This document shows, piece after piece, positions 52,540-55,906 of a stretch of DNA of 55,906 nt. How positions within the stretch are numbered: the stretch's first letter is position 1; every line of letters begins with the position of its first letter. The notes under the pieces were generated by a model. The model searched no databases and was not told where the DNA came from. It worked only from the letters and a program-made list of their open reading frames with translations. The DNA comes from Leptolyngbyaceae cyanobacterium (lineage in GTDB: Bacteria > Cyanobacteriota > Cyanobacteriia > Phormidesmidales > Phormidesmidaceae): assembly GCA_050331235.1 (NCBI GenBank), contig JBHJHA010000024.1:1-55906 (forward strand). Reading direction: 5' to 3'. The position numbers were made by a program, and so were the translations under genes.

Positions 52540-54627
52540 ATGAAAAAGGACCTTACGCGATATCGCAACATTGGCATTTTTGCCCACGTGGACGCGGGAA
52601 AAACGACCACGACTGAGCGGATTTTGAAGCTCACTGGCAAAATCCATAAGATTGGTGAGGTGCATGAAGGTGCGGCGACTACTGATTTCATGGAGCAAGA
52701 ACAAGAGCGCGGCATCACGATTCAATCGGCTGCGACCTCTTGCTTTTGGAATGACCATCAGCTGAATATCATCGATACTCCTGGGCACGTTGACTTCACG
52801 ATTGAAGTGTATCGTTCTCTGAAGGTTTTGGATGGCGGTATAGGCGTATTTTGCGGTTCTGGCGGTGTTGAGCCTCAATCAGAAACCAACTGGCGCTATG
52901 CCAACGACTCAAAAGTTGCTCGCATCATCTATGTCAATAAGCTTGATCGTATTGGTGCGGACTTCTTTCGCGTCGTAGAGCAAGTTGATAAAGTGCTGGC
53001 GGCCAAGCCATTGGTTATGGTGCTGCCAATCGGTCGTGAAAGCGATTTCGTTGGAGTCGTCGACCTACTCACCGAGAAAGCCTGGATCTGGGATGATTCT
53101 GGCGATCCTTTGAACTATGAAGTCAAAGATGTTCCCGGGGACATGAAAGATCAAGTTCAGGAATATCGAGAAGCACTGATTGAGGCGGCGGTTGAGCAAG
53201 ACGAAGAGGTCTTGATGAAATATCTCGAAGGGGAAGAAATTTCCATCGACGAGCTCAAGCACTGCATTCGTAAAGGAACCCGTGAGCTAGCCTTCTTCCC
53301 CACTTACTGCGGTTCTTCTTTTAAGAACAAAGGAGTACAGCTAGTCCTTGATGCAGTCGTTGATTATCTGCCAGCACCGGATGAGGTCCCCCCTCAGCCC
53401 GAAATTGATTTGGAAGGTAATGAAACTGGCCAGTTAGCTTACGTCGATCCAGAGAAGCCACTGCGGGCACTGGCTTTTAAGATTATGGACGATCGCTTTG
53501 GTGCTCTCACTTTTACCCGGATTTACTCGGGCACCATCAGTAAAGGTGACAACGTTTTGGACACGGCCACGGGCAAAAGTGAGCGTATCGGCCGGATTGT
53601 CGAAATGCACGCTAATGATCGCCAAGAAGTTGATTCTGCTCAGGCGGGCGACATCGTGGCGCTGGTAGGTCTGAAAAATGTACAGACCGGTCATACCCTC
53701 TGTGACCCCAAGCAGCCAGCCACCTTAGAACCTATGGTCTTCCCCGAGCCGGTGATTTCGGTAGCGGTAGAGCCAAAGAAGAAGGGCGACAACGAAAAAA
53801 TGGGCGTAGCCCTGAGCAAGATGGTTCAGGAAGACCCCTCCTTCTATGTTGAAACTGACCAAGAAAGTGGCGAAACCATCATGAAAGGGATGGGTGAACT
53901 GCACCTCGACATCAAAGTTGATATTCTCAAGCGTACCTACGGCGTAGAAGTCGAGGTTGGTAAGCCGCAAGTAGCCTATCGTGAAGCTATCACCAAAGTG
54001 TTTAACGATAGTTACACTCACAAAAAACAGTCCGGTGGTTCCGGGCAATTTGCCAAAATTGACTACACCATCGAGCCGAGTGAGACCGGTGCTGGCTTTG
54101 AGTTTGAGTCTAAGGTGACTGGTGGTAACGTCCCTCGTGAGTTTTGGCCTGCAGTTCAAAAAGGTTTCGAGACGAGTGTAGAAAAAGGACCTCTGGCTGG
54201 CTTCCCTGTGGTTGACTTGAAAGTAACCCTGAATGATGGTGGTTTCCATCCTGTCGACTCGTCTGCAATCGCCTTCGAAATTGCCGCTAAGGCTGCCTAT
54301 CGACAGTCGCTGCCGAAGGCGGGTATCCAACTCCTTGAACCCATTATGAAGGTTGACGTCTTCACACCCGACGACTATATGGGCGATGTTATCGGCGACC
54401 TCAACCGTCGTCGCGGCATGATCTTGGGCCAAGAGTCTGGGCCTACAGGGGTTCGCATTAAATCAGAAGCACCGCTGAGTGAAATGTTTGGCTACATTGG
54501 CGACTTGCGGACAATGACTTCTGGTCGTGGTCAGTTTTCGATGACTTTCTCGCATTACGCTCCTTGCCCCAGCAATGTTGCTGATGTGGTTATCAAGGAA
54601 GCAAAAGAGCGAGCAGAGGCCTCTTAA
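52540..54627 (+). CDS. fusA: Elongation factor G, stand-alone paralog outside the str operon
   Basis: [53 protein letters not shown]. No rpsG or tuf neighbours. Confidence 0.95.
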   Translation: MKKDLTRYRNIGIFAHVDAGKTTTTERILKLTGKIHKIGEVHEGAATTDFMEQEQERGITIQSAATSCFWNDHQLNIIDTPGHVDFTIEVYRSLKVLDGGIGVFCGSGGVEPQSETNWRYANDSKVARIIYVNKLDRIGADFFRVVEQVDKVLAAKPLVMVLPIGRESDFVGVVDLLTEKAWIWDDSGDPLNYEVKDVPGDMKDQVQEYREALIEAAVEQDEEVLMKYLEGEEISIDELKHCIRKGTRELAFFPTYCGSSFKNKGVQLVLDAVVDYLPAPDEVPPQPEIDLEGNETGQLAYVDPEKPLRALAFKIMDDRFGALTFTRIYSGTISKGDNVLDTATGKSERIGRIVEMHANDRQEVDSAQAGDIVALVGLKNVQTGHTLCDPKQPATLEPMVFPEPVISVAVEPKKKGDNEKMGVALSKMVQEDPSFYVETDQESGETIMKGMGELHLDIKVDILKRTYGVEVEVGKPQVAYREAITKVFNDSYTHKKQSGGSGQFAKIDYTIEPSETGAGFEFESKVTGGNVPREFWPAVQKGFETSVEKGPLAGFPVVDLKVTLNDGGFHPVDSSAIAFEIAAKAAYRQSLPKAGIQLLEPIMKVDVFTPDDYMGDVIGDLNRRRGMILGQESGPTGVRIKSEAPLSEMFGYIGDLRTMTSGRGQFSMTFSHYAPCPSNVADVVIKEAKERAEAS

Positions 54628-54681
54628 AGGTTAATCACCAAATACTACCGAGGGAGTTGCTATATCCCTTCAACGATCACG

Positions 54682-54717
54682 TCAAAAACGGGGGCTGTTA
54701 ACAGCCCCCGTTTTTGA
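54682..54717. terminator. Bidirectional intrinsic terminator after fusA (perfect 36-bp palindrome)
   Basis: TCAAAAACGGGGGCTGTT|AACAGCCCCCGTTTTTGA. Confidence 0.9.
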
Positions 54718-54731
54718 TATGGCAACACTTT

Positions 54732-55506
54732 GGTAGAGCCCCGGAGGTAATGATGAGTTTGTTAGGGTGATCGTGAAGCCCAGCGATCGTCCCAATGCCC
54801 TGTTGTCCGAGCTGCACGTCCAAACAAACGGTCAAGATCATATCCATACCGGCAAGCAGCGTTTCCTCTGCCGCGCCTGCGGCCGTCAGTTCGTCGAGAA
54901 TCCTACCAATAAACTCATCGATAGCGAAACGCGTGAGCTGATTGACCGGTTGCTGCTAGAGCGGATCTCGATGGCGGGCATTGCCCGAGCCGTGCAGGTT
55001 TCAGAGCAGTGGCGGCAGGATTATGTCAACGCCAAATCAGCTCAAACCGTCACCCAGGCTGACGTTCAGCCAAAAAAAAGGGCCTTTGAGCGTGCCGTGC
55101 GATGAACTCTGGTCATTTGTCGACAACAACGGCAACAAACAGTGGGTCTGGCTGGCGATGGATGCCGACACTCGAGAAATTATTGGTGCTCATATAGGAA
55201 GTCGAGGCCAGGAGAGTGCGCAGGCGCTGTGGGCCTCACTACCGGCCGTCTATCGTCAGTGCGCGGTGATTTACACCGACGCCTGGGAGGCGTATAAGGT
55301 CGTGCTGCCCTCGAAGCGACATCGGGCCGTGTCCAAAGACAGCGACAAAACCAGCTATATTGAGCGCTTCAACTGTACGCTGCGCCAGCGGGTTTCGAGG
55401 TTTGTGCGGCGCAGCTTGGCATTCTCCAAGAGTCTGAGCAATCACATCGGCTTGCTATGGAATTTCATCCACCACTACAACAAATCATTACCTGTCTAGC
55501 ACTACC
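54732..55506 (+). mobile_element. Complete IS1-family element (775 bp) with 8-bp TSD AACACTTT; transposase degenerate
   Basis: IRL GGTAGAGCCCCGGAGGTAATGAT versus reverse-complemented IRR GGTAGTGCTAGACAGGTAATGAT. TSD at 54724-54731 and 55507-55514. InsA zinc finger/HTH and InsB DELWSFV...YTD.W..Y...IERFN.TLRQR. Confidence 0.95.
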
Positions 55507-55695
55507 AACACTTTTTATGCATTCCCATCGACCGTTTAGCAACATGCCACATTCCGCAGAAGCGCTATTTCTACGAACTGGCAGGATAAAGTCGTATACA
55601 CAGCCATCGGAGCTGAGGAGATACTTGGCAAACTTCACATCAGCGCAAAGCCCAAAAGGGGCAACTGTTGTTATCATACTCGCCATACCAAGACA

Positions 55696-55730
55696 AGAAG
55701 GGAGCTAGCAATATTGCCAAACTCCCTTCT
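55696..55730. other. Terminator-like stem-loop between the two IS elements
   Basis: AGAAGGGAG-CTAGCAATATTGCCAAA-CTCCCTTCT. Confidence 0.45.
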
Positions 55731-55769
55731 GCCTTTAATTTATTGACATTCAAACTTTGCAAATACTTA

Positions 55770-55906
55770 TACCAATTCAATTTGAGGATGCACTTAATAC
55801 AGCATTGGTAATGAAGTCCCATCCCGTCACTGAGCGAATCACGTCTTTGGTCATTTCTGACAAGACCTCTTGGACTCGCTGACGCAGCGCCTTCAGATTC
55901 TTGAAG
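55770..55906 (-). mobile_element. IS630-family element end (transposase C-terminus, partial)
   Basis: Minus frame FKNLKALRQRVQEVLSEMTKDVIRSVTGWDFITNAV...stop at 55777. The end reads TA|TACCAATT, consistent with an IS630 TA target and terminal IR. Confidence 0.7.

Noticed and set aside
53725..54432. Long antisense ORFs (also 38181-38756, 44561-45163, 32290-32877, 901-1446)
   Set aside because: They are shadow frames of well-supported genes on the opposite strand.
55457..55822. Small ORFs between the IS elements
   Set aside because: They cross IS boundaries and have no recognisable features.

Overview
Chromosomal segment of a cyanobacterium: HIP1 octamer GCGATCGC throughout, plus ndhM, an OCP N-terminal-domain protein, hetF and cyanobacterial-type pilB/pilA. 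A non-heterocystous, Leptolyngbya/Nodosilinea-like lineage is my inference. Both ends lie in insertion sequences: an IS1 right end that truncates a DUF2126 gene on the left, and on the right a complete but degenerate IS1 with an 8-bp target duplication followed by an IS630 end. Housekeeping genes are purH, hemC, ndhM, cofH, grpE-dnaK-dnaJ-tusA-rsgA, pilBTC, pilA and a stand-alone EF-G paralog. Poorly characterised modules: (i) a pseudokinase-PP2C-TM-SH3-like phosphatase, a CHAT(caspase-like)-FHA protease and a PatU3-like protein, which I propose as a phosphorylation-gated proteolytic switch about 9 kb from hetF; (ii) a GT2 / heparinase-II/III-like / flippase-like / GT-C-like four-gene glycosylation operon; (iii) a PstS-like-WD40-TM-TPR receptor-like fusion; (iv) a Fur-Dps-[2Fe-2S] iron module with four similar 19-bp boxes; (v) ATP-grasp / orphan XRE / isoaspartyl peptidase; (vi) pilA with a SAM methyltransferase and a membrane protein. 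dnaK has an in-frame TAA at codon 44 and dnaJ has clustered substitutions in its J-domain (real lesions or base-call errors). No tRNA, rRNA or CRISPR array was seen. All family assignments are from motif recognition by eye; no database search was run.
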